Origin: Camelus ferus
Lineage: Eukaryota
Direction of reading: 5' to 3'
NCBI RefSeq assembly: GCF_009834535.1
Contig: NC_045697.1
Coordinates: 72,480,001-72,544,000, forward strand
Length of the DNA: 64,000 nucleotides
The position numbers and the translations under genes are program-made. The notes under the pieces are model-generated. The model was not told the DNA's origin, did not search any database, and worked only from the letters and a program-made list of their open reading frames with translations. Below, piece by piece: positions 1 through 11,720 of this stretch; position 1 is the stretch's first letter, and every line of letters starts with the position of its first letter.

Positions 1-2405
1 GAGACTCTCCACCATAAATCTCCCCTTCATTTGGTTAATTCCTTTTTATCCCTCAGTTCAAGGTCCATATACTCAAGAGAAATATTTATGACACCACCTC
101 TGCCCCTATGCTAAGTCAGGTCCAGACTTTATATGTTATTACAGAACTTTGATTATTTTCTTCAGAGCATCTATCTCAGTTTTTAATTTACTCATTAGAG
201 TGACTGTTTAATGCATTTGCCTCATTAGGCTACAGACTCCACAACAGTGTTCCAAAGGCCCTTGAGGCTCTGTTCATTTTATTTTTCAATTTTTTTTCCC
301 CACTCTGTTCTTTAAATTGAACAATTTCTATTTATCTATCATCAAGTTCACTGATTCTTTCCTCATTTATTTCCATTCTGCTATTGAGTCCATCTGGTGA
401 AATTCTATTTCAGATACTGTAATTTTTAGTTCAAAAAGTTTTACTTACTTTTTTTTTTTTTTTTTACTGTTTCTGTTTTTCTGCTGTGAATGAGTATCTT
501 TCCATTTATTTCAACTATGCTTATCTTTACCACATGAACCATGACTGCTTTAACATCTTTGGTAATTCCCACATTTGGTAATTCCCATATTATGGGTTGG
601 CGTCTCTCGGTTGTCTTTTCCGGTTCTTTATACGTCAAGTACTTCTGGAGTATATCCTGGACATTCTGTTGCACAGACTCTGGGTCCTACCAAAATCCTT
701 GAGGAATATTTAATTCATTCTTTGTTTGTTTTAGCAGGTAGTCAACCTCGGTCAGTGTAGATCACATGCTCTCTCTTACCTCCTGTGGGCACCGGTTCCA
801 GTCTCAGTTGTTTCCAAAGTCTTTGCTATGCTGCCTTTGGTTCATCCCATGAAATCACTCAGGGGTTAGTCTGTGACTTGCACAGTGGTGGTTTTTTGGT
901 TTGGGTTTTTCAAAAATCTTACCTCACTTCTTAAAGCCACTGATATGCTGCTTTGGGCCTGTCTCATGCATGCACAGCTGGAGGTGATCCAAGAACTTGG
1001 TTGGGTTCAGACACAGAATTCAGGAACCCCGTTCCCTTGCTTTCTCCTCTCCTGAATCCATACACCCCCAATTCTATTATCTCTAAAGGTTCCTTTTCCT
1101 CCTTTCTCTGGTCAGAAGACAGGGCTTTTTCTGAGTTTTAGCTGTCCATAATTCCATGAATAGTGCCTGCCCTTAGGGAAAAGCCGTAAAAGGAAAACAA
1201 CAACAGTTCCTCATATTCACTTCGGACTACAGGGTCCATTTCCCCAAATCTTCAGGCCATAAAAATAGGTTTCTTATTGTACTTTTGGCCTCCTGTGTGG
1301 TTCTTGCAGGGTTGCATTACTGGGGCTTGCCTTCAGGTCAAAGCCATAAGAGCAAGAGACATTCACCCCTGTAGTTTTGACTCTCCTCCACAATCCACCT
1401 GCTTTTGTTCATTTTTCTGAGTCCTCAGGTAATTGCTCTTTGCATTTTAACCAGTTTTGGGTTGTGAGCAGTAGGAAAGAGTTTGTAGTGGGCTTATTGC
1501 ATCTTGGATGAAAATGGAAGCCTGTGCACTTCAGGATAGCAGGGACCATATCTGGTTTTACCCTTGATCTACATAGTAAATGGCAGGCACTCAATAAATA
1601 TTTGTGGGATGAACACTGAGTGAATTGAGAATTAAAAAAACACCATATACTCAAAATGACAACAAAAACAATATTCTGAATGGTTAACAAGAAGGGCATC
1701 TTTATTATAGAAGGGTAAGAGATTCTAACACCAAGAATAGGTGTTTCAAACACATAAAAAGGAAACAAATTATAAATGAACAAGATCCTTAATGATTATG
1801 CTGCAAAGACAATTAAGAAATTAACAGGACAGTTTAGAAAAAAGTTCTGCTCCCATAGAACAAAAACTTAAAGAGTGGAAGTTTTTAAAAACTAGGGCTC
1901 TGGCTAAGATAGATTTTTGGCATAACTTTAACGGGGGAAGTTGAAAAGGAAAAACCAAATACTTAAGTAATCAGAAGAAGACTGGGCAGAATACATGGGC
2001 TTTAGCTCTCTCCCCACTGCCCCTTTCCCTCTTTTTTTTTTTTTTTAACATTGTGTCTGTCTCCTTTCTTCTCTGCTCTAGATATCTCCTTATCTCTATT
2101 TTCCTTTGGACTTCTCTCTTCCCCTGGGCACTTCTTTCTTTCTTACCTGACCAATTTTTAAAATGCCTATTTCCTTAATATAAATTTTGTAATTTAATGT
2201 AGATAAATTAAAATAATGACTTTTATCTTTCTCCTAATAGTTCTTCTTTTAGGAGTCAGTTTCTTGATAGAAAAACATCTTCCTAAAATCTCTGTGCAAC
2301 TACTTGAAATAAATTTGAGATAAGTAAAAGCCTACTTGTGTAATTCAGAAGTAATTGTGGTAATCCAGGTGTCAAATGGTTACAGTGAATGTATCCTTTT
2401 AGGAG

Positions 2406-3049
2406 TGAAACCAGGCAGGACCCTGCGGGGCCTTCCTGGGGGACCAACCACCCCCCACCATGTCCCCATCTCTTGTTTGCGGAAAAGCTTTAGCCTTCTA
2501 GGCCTTCCCTAAGTTCCAAAGAGCAGATTTAATCAGAGAAGAGAGGAAATGCAGAAACAGGAAAACAGTCAAGCAAGACAAAATAATACATTAGCCATAA
2601 AGCAAAGTCAAGGATCCTTAGTTCCTCCTCAAGGGCTATATATAGATATATTCTGAGCCATATCCTCGAGTTGTGGTGTGGACACTAAAACCCCCACCAG
2701 GTGGAAGAAGTTAACTGCATGCTGACCACTGGCACATAGACCCCAGATCAGTTGGAACCAAAAGACTGACAATGTTAACTCCTGAAATACCACCCTGTTA
2801 CCTCACCCCCAACCAATCAGAAGGTTGTACACGAGCTGATTAAACACCGATCGACCCTTTCCCTCACCCTGCCTTTAAAAACCCTTCCCTGAAAGCCAGC
2901 AAGCAGTTTGGGTCTTTTGAGCATTAGCTGCCCATTCTTCTTGCTTGGTGCCCTGCAGTAAACTCTATACTTTCCTTCACCACAACCCGGTGTCAGTAGA
3001 TTGACTTTACTGCATGTCAGGTAAGCAGACCCAGTTTTGTTCAGTAACA
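2406..3049 (+). mobile_element. Solo ERV1-class LTR (644 bp)
   Basis: TG...CA termini (TGAAACC...GTAACA), 4-bp TSD GGAG at 2402-2405 and 3050-3053, CCAAT, TATA-like TTTAAAA and AGTAAA poly(A) variant. Confidence 0.9.
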
Positions 3050-6000
3050 GGAGTCCTTTCATTACATGTCTGGATAGCTGGCGTAATGGAAAGAATGAGG
3101 ACTTTACATCAGAAATTTACTGGTTGTATGATCTTGAACATATATGAACAAAAAGAAGACTCTTGTGATTTTTATTCCAGTATCTTACCTTTCTGTTCAC
3201 CTCAGTATTTAAAAAAAATATGCTCTATTTATTTCAATAAGCTTCTTAAAATCCTTTTGCGAATGAGGCTGAGTATAAGTACATACATACTATATATTGT
3301 GCTATTATGGGAATAAAGTAAGATGTTTGTACAGTTCATAGCAAAAGTTGTGATGTGAAATTGATCATTTTTATTAGAAGTATGTACTATCATCATATTG
3401 CTAAGCTTTGCTCTTAAAGTTATAGAAAATTCTGATTGATTTAGAGGTTCTGTTTTCCCCTGATTTTATCAGAATGTCTCTCTGATTGTACATATTGATA
3501 ATGGCCACAGTTTGGTATCATCAAAGAGTTGGGCAATCTAAGCTCTTTGCTTTTAATCTGCAAAATAACACTGAGTACATTTCTTGTCACTTCACCTCCC
3601 TGTCCCTCAATTCCAAACCTATAAAGTGGGGTAGAGAGGGAGGATGTGAGATGATCTAATGCCTTAATCAGTTTTAAGTCTATGCTTCTATTCCTTTATG
3701 GATCCACTGTTAAAAAAAAAACACCCAAGGTGAGATAATACTGATACATGCTGCTTGGGAACTTCACATCCTATATAAGTATCGTGTATGTATATATTAC
3801 ATCACTTAATAGAAACAGCTTTTTGTCTTTCCCCTGGTGTGTGTTGTAGTGTATGCTGCACTTTGGGGTTACTTTTGGAGCAATGTTGAACAACAGTGAC
3901 ATCTAGTGACTACATGCTGCATATCATTCAGCAAAATATTCATGGCCAATTCTTAGTCTTCTAAATGTGGATGATTCACTTTGTGACTTAGTTAAATATT
4001 TAAAATCATTCCTCATCTCTCCTCCATATAGATTTAAGAAATACCAATTAAAATTGACAGCATTAACAACTAGATACACAGTAACTGAAACTTTCTTCAA
4101 AAAATCATAATGCATACAGAGTTAAATATTAACTATTGTTAAGGGAGACTGCAACTTTTTCCCTTCCATTGAGAGTGGCAGAACTGGGATCTGAGTTCAG
4201 GTGTGTTTCAACATGTAGTCCACGTCCTTAGTCACTACACATCACTGACATGTGATAGCCATTTAACATATTTTTGTTAAAAGAATGGTAGGTAAAGCAT
4301 ATGCGTCAATGTCTGGGTTTCTGAGTAAGCATTGCTTTAGAACCTTTGGAACTACTGCCTTTCAGACAAATCTTTTTAAGTTTACATCAAAGATCATCAA
4401 GTAAAAACATCTACAGTATAAGTCTTTCCGAACAGATGAATTTAAGTGTTATATCCACTGAGAATATTCCTCATAAAGAGCATTCAAACTAGATGAGTTT
4501 TTTGTTTGTTTGTTTGTTTAAGATAATGACTAACTGGCATTGCTATTTAATCAGGACAATACAAATCTGGGTTAAACTACTACTCCAACTCAAACGGACT
4601 CTGCCACTATTTAAATTCCTATTGTATTTAGTATTTGTTCTCATTAATCAGATATTATCTTGAATTTTCATTCTTTTCAGGTGCCTAGATCTTGTTTCCA
4701 CAATAAAATGATAAGGTATCCAGGGTTCAGAGCATATTTTATATTCTCATCTTTTCCTCAGCACCAAACACAATGGCGTTTCTCACCTACAGAATAAAAT
4801 TACTAACAACTTATCCAGAATCTAAGGTTTGCCCCAACACGGCATCAAACCATCTTGTCAGCTTTCTCCCACATTCTCTTGACCCTACATTTCAGTCAAA
4901 CTAAATTGTTAATTGCTCTCCTATGCATTATTTGTTCTCTTTTATTTGCTTGGAATAACTTCCCACTGCAACTCTTCTTTGTAAATTATATCCACTGCCT
5001 AAGGGTTATTCCCAGAACAGCTTCCTGCCAGGTATACCCCAAACAGGAAGTCATCTTCCCTTCTGAATTCTCACTCGCTGAACTGTCACTTGCTCTACCT
5101 TCCTTCTACCTCTCTGGTTGGCCTTGGCCTTCTTTACAAGCTTCCTTTCCTCTTTCTGTCCCTTAAATGTTGAGGTTCCTCAGGATTCTGCCTTATGCCC
5201 CCCCCTTTTTTTTATTACTCACTCTCTATTTCTTAAGAAATTAATTTTACTCCCAATGGCTCCAATTATGGCCAATAAGCTGATGAGCCTGGACTAGTGA
5301 AGCCCTCTTGAGAGTCTAACTAGTGTATTTATCTAAATATTGATCACCTTTATAAGCATCTTAAGCTCAATATACGCACAACCGAACGCAAGACCTTTCC
5401 CCACCAAATCTATTCCTTCTTCAGAGAATTTCCCAACTCAGAGAATGAAGTTACCATCTACCTTGTTGCTCAGATTAGAAACTGAGGAGTCACTCCTTCT
5501 CCCCGCTTCTCCTTTCCCGCTGACACCGAGTTACTAAATCATGATAGTACAAGCTCCTAAGTACTTAAAAATTGTGTCCACTTCTCTCCATATAAATTAT
5601 CATTACCCCAGTCCAGGCCATAAATACCTTTCCCCTAAACACTGTAATGGCCTTCCAACTGTTTTCCCCACTTCCAGCCTTGGTCCTCCCCATTGTAGTT
5701 TCATAACGCAGAGTAATCTTCCAAAATGTAGCGTGATTGTGGCAAGTTTCCGCTTAATATTCTTCAGTGGCTTTCCATCAAAGAAAAATATCCAGACTCC
5801 TCAAATGCAGCTTACAGAGCCCTCTGTTATAAGGGATAACCTTGTCCCTGCACATCTCATTCTTCACCTGGCATTTTAAACTTCAACTGTATTAAACTTC
5901 AACTGTAGTTCTTCAAACTTGTCATGCCTCCCGTCTGCATTACACATTCCTTATGCTGCCTCCCAACTGCACTCTCCTGCTTCTTGCCCAGCTAGTTCTA

Positions 6001-6864
6001 CATAGGTCAAGAAGTCATTCTTGCAGACGCTCCCTTCAGTATGCATTCTTATTATAGCACCCTCTCCTGATCACAGCACCCACCCCAGTACTGTAACTGC
6101 TTGTTTAACTACCATCATTCTTTTGACAAATATTCATCGAGCGCCCACTACGTAACAGGTAGTGTATTCTTCTTTATACAGAATTTAGTCAGTACAGGGT
6201 ACTGTGGCAGCACATATGAATTGTGGGAGAGGGTTCAAGAAATGCTTCTTAGTGACTCACACTTCTGTCTATTTTCCTGGTAGACTGAATTGGCGCAGCG
6301 TTCACAATCATTTCTGGGTTCTTTGGATTACCTAACACAATAGATGGTGGATAAATATCTAATCCCATTAACTACTGGATTTTAAGTATATACAAAAAGT
6401 TTTTACATTGTAAGAGGACTCCAGCCAGCCATTACATCCTACTTAGCAGAGTTTTTCTTTGTTATCACTTTGGAAATAGTGGAGTATAAAAAGTGAAGAG
6501 GCAAACCACTACAGTGAAAGGTATGGGACTTACAGTCAGAAAACTGTGGATAATAATTCTGCCACTTACTAGCTAGGGGTCCTTGGCCAAGGCCCTTAAT
6601 CTCTCTGAGCCTCAGTTTTCTCATCTGAAAAAGGTAGTTACAAAATCGAATGAGATAAAAGAAAATAAAAGCATAACACAAAATGCAAAGGTAAATCCAA
6701 ATGCTATTGTTATTATTGTTATTAGAGTGACTACAGATCAGGTCTGCCTGTTACTGGTCATCTCAGCTTTATAGACAACAGGATTTCCAAATCCCATTCT
6801 TCATCTTCCCTTTACCATTTAAAAGGGAGGCTTTTGTATTTTAATAAACATATTGATGGAAATG

Positions 6865-7219
6865 TTAAAAAAAAAAACCAAATATGTATGATTTCACTTA
6901 TATGTGGAATATAAAAAATAAAAAAAATTAGTGAATATAACAAAAAAGGACAAGACCCACAGATATAGGGAACAAACTAGTGGTTACCAGTAGCAAGAGG
7001 GAAGGGGTGAGGGGCAAGATAGAGGCAGGGGATTAAGAGATACAAACTACTATGCATAAAATAAATAAGCTACAAGGATATATTGTACAGCACAGGGAAT
7101 ATAGCCAATATTTTAGAATATCTATAAATAAGAGTATAACCTTTAAAAATTGTGAATCACTATGTTGTACCCCTGAAGCTTATATAATAATGTATATCAA
7201 CTATACCTCATTAAAAAAA
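6865..7219 (+). mobile_element. L1 3' end fragment
   Basis: TATGTGGAAT...AACAAACTAGTGGTTACCAG...GTACAGCACAGGGAATATAGCCAATA...TCAACTATACCTCA plus A-tail. Confidence 0.85.
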
Positions 7220-7228
7220 GTCAGATAA

Positions 7229-7319
7229 TATATATGTTCATGTATAATTGAAAAATTGTGCTCTACACTGGAATTTGACACAACATTGTAAAATGATTAT
7301 AAATCAATAAAAAATGTTT
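7229..7319 (+). mobile_element. Very short young L1 3' terminus
   Basis: Closely similar to the end of the L1 at 51630-51727. 16-bp TSD AAAAAAAGTCAGATAA at 7213-7228 and 7320-7335. Confidence 0.88.
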
Positions 7320-8080
7320 AAAAAAAGTCAGATAACAAGTGTTGAGAAGGATTTGGAGAAATGGGACCCTCATGTACTCCTGATGATAATGTGAAATGGT
7401 ACACTTTGGAAAACATCTGGCAGCTCCTCAAATGAATATGTATAGTTACCATATGACCTAGCAATTCTACTCTTTGGTATATTCTCAAGAAAACGTATGT
7501 CCAAAAAAGAAAATACATATCTGTGAGTATACCAAAGGAATTGAACTGTATACTTTAAATACATGAATTTGGTATGTATGGTGTGATATGTGAATGATAT
7601 CTCAATAGATCTAATTTAAAACCACAACAAAATACACACATATACATACAGATAAACAAGCCAAAAAATTTAATAAGTAGATATTAAAGGGACAAGAGAG
7701 ATAAAAATACCAGCCTATGAAAATCTAGAATTTAGATACACGGAACAAAAAATATCAGGCCACAATTTAAAAAAAAAAGTTAACTGGAAAGGTAGGTGGC
7801 ACAAAAGAGTATTGATCTGAATCATTTCTCAGTAAAATGGTAACCTACTGAGCTGGAAAAGTCAGGATATCTGGATTCAAGGACTGGTTTAGCTACTAAC
7901 TTAACCACTAATATCCAGGTAGTCTACCCACCCACCACTCTAGTCTTTCAGTTCCTTGGTCTCCTTGGCTCCTGTGATTTTTTTTTTTTTTCACCCTATC
8001 TCAGTCACTCACTCACAAGGCCACAAATATCAAGTGGCCACTGAATTCTACCTAGCTATGCTACTATGCCTCTCTAGTAC

Positions 8081-8421
8081 TGCTGTAGACTGAATGTTTG
8101 CAAGTCTCCCCAAAACCCATATGCTAAAATCCTAACCCCTAGTATGATGGTATTAGTAGGTGGGGCCCTTGATAGGTGGTTGGTTCATGAGGGCAGAGCA
8201 CTCATGAATGGGATTAGTGCCCTTACAAGAGAGCCCTAGAGTGCTCCCTTGACTCTTTCGGCCATCTATGAACCAAGAAGTGGGGCTTCACTGGACACTG
8301 AGTCTGCTGGCATCTTGATCTTGGACTTCGAGTCTCTAGAACTGTGAGGAAAAAATTTCTGTTGTTTATAAGACACCCAGACTTGGCATTTTTGTTACAG
8401 TAGCCTGAACAGAACAAGACA
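8081..8421 (+). mobile_element. MLT1A-like MaLR LTR
   Basis: GACTGAATGTTTG...AAATCCTAACCCC...GGGATTAGTGCCCTTA...CTAGAACTGTGAG...GAACAAGACA. Confidence 0.85.
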
Positions 8422-8449
8422 GTATGACTGCCTTCTATCTTCAAAATGA

Positions 8450-10190
8450 TTATTATATCTTCTCTTCAACCCTTAAGTCTCTTATCCAAACATTCCTCCT
8501 CTCTTCTTACTGATCCTGCCTCATACTTTCTTTATGCTCACTGAAAGAGAATCAGTATCAGACAGAAACTCTCATCTTCTGACCACTGAGTCTACCCATG
8601 TATCTGCATCTTAACCTAGATTCCCTGCCTTTCTAACCGTTACTATAAATTTTATATTCATGTTCCTAAGCCAACATCTCTACATATTCCCTGGATCCCA
8701 CCCCAACTCGTTTTCTCAAAGACTCCACTCCTAAAATATGTATTTTCTCTGTTACACTATACTTTCCCCTGTATACTGGATCATTCTCCCATTAGCCTAA
8801 AAACAGACTTAAGCATCCCCATCTTTCAGAATCATACTTTGACCCCACATATTGCTCTATTACCTCCATTTCCCAATTCTTCTTCATAGTGAAGTATCTT
8901 GAGATGTCTACAGTGCTATGTCCGTTTCTTCACATCACATTTGCTCCTCATTGTGCTTGTCAAGGCACACAACTACTATATGCTGCCGAAACCCAATGGT
9001 CAGATTTCTTTATTTTACTTCACCTCTCAGCACCTTTCAATACCACTGGCCACGCTCTGTCATCTTGGCTTGTTAAGTAGCCATGCTCCGGGTTTCTTTC
9101 TACTTCACTGGCTGCTCCTTCTCCATCTCCTCTGCTTTACCTCTAATCACTGGAATGCTCTCTGTGAACACACTTTCCCTAGGTAGTTTTTTCTACATGC
9201 TGGTGCCTCTTAACTTTGTATCTTTGGTCCCATACATGGAATGCAAGACTCAGAACTTACTTCAGGTTTTTTATAAGCAGATCGAACCTAAGGTGAGCAA
9301 AATAAACTTCCCCCTCTACATTTTCTTCCCTAGTGTTTTCCGTTTGGTAAATGGTACAACCATTCACTAAAGCTCAAGACAAAAACCTAGGAGCTTCTCT
9401 TTTTTTCTCACCCCTGTATTTAAAACATCACCAAGTCTGTAGGCTCTGCCTCCAAACATCTCTCACATCCATCTGCTTTTATACCACTTTAGCCAAAACT
9501 ATGGTCATTCCTTCCTGCATTACCACACAGGTGTCTTCTGCTACTAATCCTGCTCCCCATGCCCTATGACCCATGCACCACATAACAGGTGGAACAAACC
9601 GTTTTACAATAAATCACATGACATTACTCCCTTCCCGAAAAAACCTCCATACTGGTTTCTCATCATGCTTTAAATACATTACAAACTTATCCCACAAGTA
9701 GCTCCCCAAGGCCAATTCAAAGCCCTGCAAGCTTTGGCCCCTACTCACCTCTCCAAGCTTATCTCATACCACTTTCTCCACATTCCAGCTACAGCGTTCT
9801 TTATGATGTTCTTTGAAAGAGTCAAGTTCTTTCCTACCTTTGGCTTGTGCAATTGAAGTTTCCTTTACCTGCAATGCTCTGATCCCACATATTTCCCTGG
9901 TTGGCTTTTTTATACCACTGAGGTCTCAGCACAAATGGCAGCTCTTCAGAGAGGCTTTCCTTAACCAATCCATCTAAAGCAACCCTCCCTCAGTTCCTCT
10001 CACTTCACAGTTTTACTTCTTCGCTGCACTCACCATTATCTAAAATTTCCTTGTTCATATATTGTTTACCTATTTATTTTCTATCTTTGTTATAATTTAA
10101 TCTCCATAAGAACAGGAATCTTGCCAGTCTTTTTGAAGCATCATATTCACAATGCCTGGCAAGAAAGTAGATTCGCTCCAAATAATCTGA
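8450..10190. mobile_element. Degenerate L2 LINE segments
   Basis: Pyrimidine-rich L2-like text (CTCAGCACCTTTCAATACCACTGGCCAC; CTCAGCACAAATGGCAGCTCTTCAGAGAGGCTTTCC). Similar segments at 4800-6200. Confidence 0.6.
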
Positions 10191-11088
10191 TGACTTCCTG
10201 AACCTGAGCGAGTCACTAGACCTCTCTAACTCACATTTGTGGGCTCACGACTGCTGGACTTAGCTCTGGGTTTCCGGAACACAAAAGTGAATAAGGCATG
10301 GCTCTTTGAAAATCTCATCCATTTATCCCTTCAACAAGTATTTACTGAATGTATATTATACTATATATTCTAGGTAATGCTCAGTCTCAGTATTTATTCT
10401 CTTTTCAGTAAAATGGAATTTTGTTAACCAACTCTCTCTCACAAGATGAGTATGAAAATAATGTACAAAACGGTAAGTGCTATAAAAATGTTACTTTATA
10501 TATTGCTATCACTGCACCTGTCTCTTGCCTTTTGTCTGGTAAGGGGCAGGAGCTTAGAACAAGACAGAGTCAAATGATAAGGCCAGCAGTATAAATTTTA
10601 GTACTCACAGAAGGTAATAAATATGAATACCCACTTCATGGGCACATAATGACTAAAACATCTGATGCATGAATTCTTTAGGTTTGACAGTAATAAGTAT
10701 TAATTTCTCACACTTTTGTTGCACAAATAACAATACATTTAACCCCTACGGAAAATTAGGGAGTGACCTCCCTCGGTGCCACCCAAGCCAAACGCCCCTC
10801 TCCATCACCCCATCGGATCTTGTATAGACTCTAGGACACACGTAGGGGGGCGTCAGTGACCAGGTATGGGCCTGCGGAGCTCTACAGGGACTCCTAAATA
10901 ATATGCCTGACACATGGTACCTTTGCACCGGCTGCCCTTAATCCTTCAAAAGCACTGATATAGAGTGCTTGTCCACTGTGATAAAGCCGACAGAAATAGG
11001 CGGGGTGAAGGGCGTGGGAGGAGAGGCAAGCCAGCAACCAACCCTGGAACACATCTCCAATCACACACGGGAGCTTACGAAGGTTCAC

Positions 11089-11188
11089 CTGCAGGTTTTC
11101 GCCATGTGTACAAAAGTCTGCGCTTAATAAAATTAATTTTTTCAGTCAGTCGTGACTGACAGACCTCTTCTTTCTTACTTGTGAGTAC
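11089..11188 (-). other. Candidate 100-nt 5'UTR exon of the SLC9B1-side transcript
   Basis: Long polypyrimidine tract ending CTCATTTTACAG| and donor CAG|GTGAAC. Confidence 0.4.
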
Positions 11189-11329
11189 CTGTAAAATGAG
11201 AGAAGGAAACGGAGGAGGAAGGGAGAGAATCAAGAAGAGGGATGAGGGATGAGGGCGTAAAGAAAAGGAGTCACGGAGAGAAGAGAAAACGGTCTGCGGC
11301 TGTTTCCCCAGGCCCCTGGAACTGATGCG

Positions 11330-11720
11330 GGAGGAAAGGCGTTCCTGGGGGCTACGCAAGGGAAAGACCGCGGGAGACGAGGGACCAGTATCCATGGGCG
11401 GAGTAAAGAAAAACAAGCCGTACCTACAATTCTTTTAGCATCCCCCGCTGCCTCGGGAGCCGCCCTGGCACCCAGCAACCGCCGCGAAGACCACGCGCCG
11501 CTGTGGCGCAAGGGCCGCGGGCCCTTGGAGCGCGCTGCGGGCTCGGCGGCCGGCGGCGCCTGGGCGGGGCTAATACACACGGGGCGGGGCTGGCGGAGGC
11601 GCCTGGGCGGGGCTAATGTCGAGGGGAGGGGCTGACGCCAACGGAGCGGGGCTGACGTCCACGGGGCGGAGTTGACGGGCGTAAGTGGAGTCGTGGTTGA
11701 TCCCGCCTGTGGGGCCAGAG
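11330..11720 (-). promoter_or_regulatory. SLC9B1: CpG-island promoter and non-coding first exon, assigned to SLC9B1/NHA1
   Basis: CpG-dense, multiple GC boxes, minus-strand donor TAG|GTACGG ending at 11424. The gene name rests on synteny only (SLC9B1 follows SLC9B2). No SLC9B1 coding exon was found in the window. Confidence 0.65.

Noticed and set aside
1..11000. SLC9B1 coding exons
   Set aside because: No NHA-like peptide was found on the minus strand. The region looks like repeat-rich intron.
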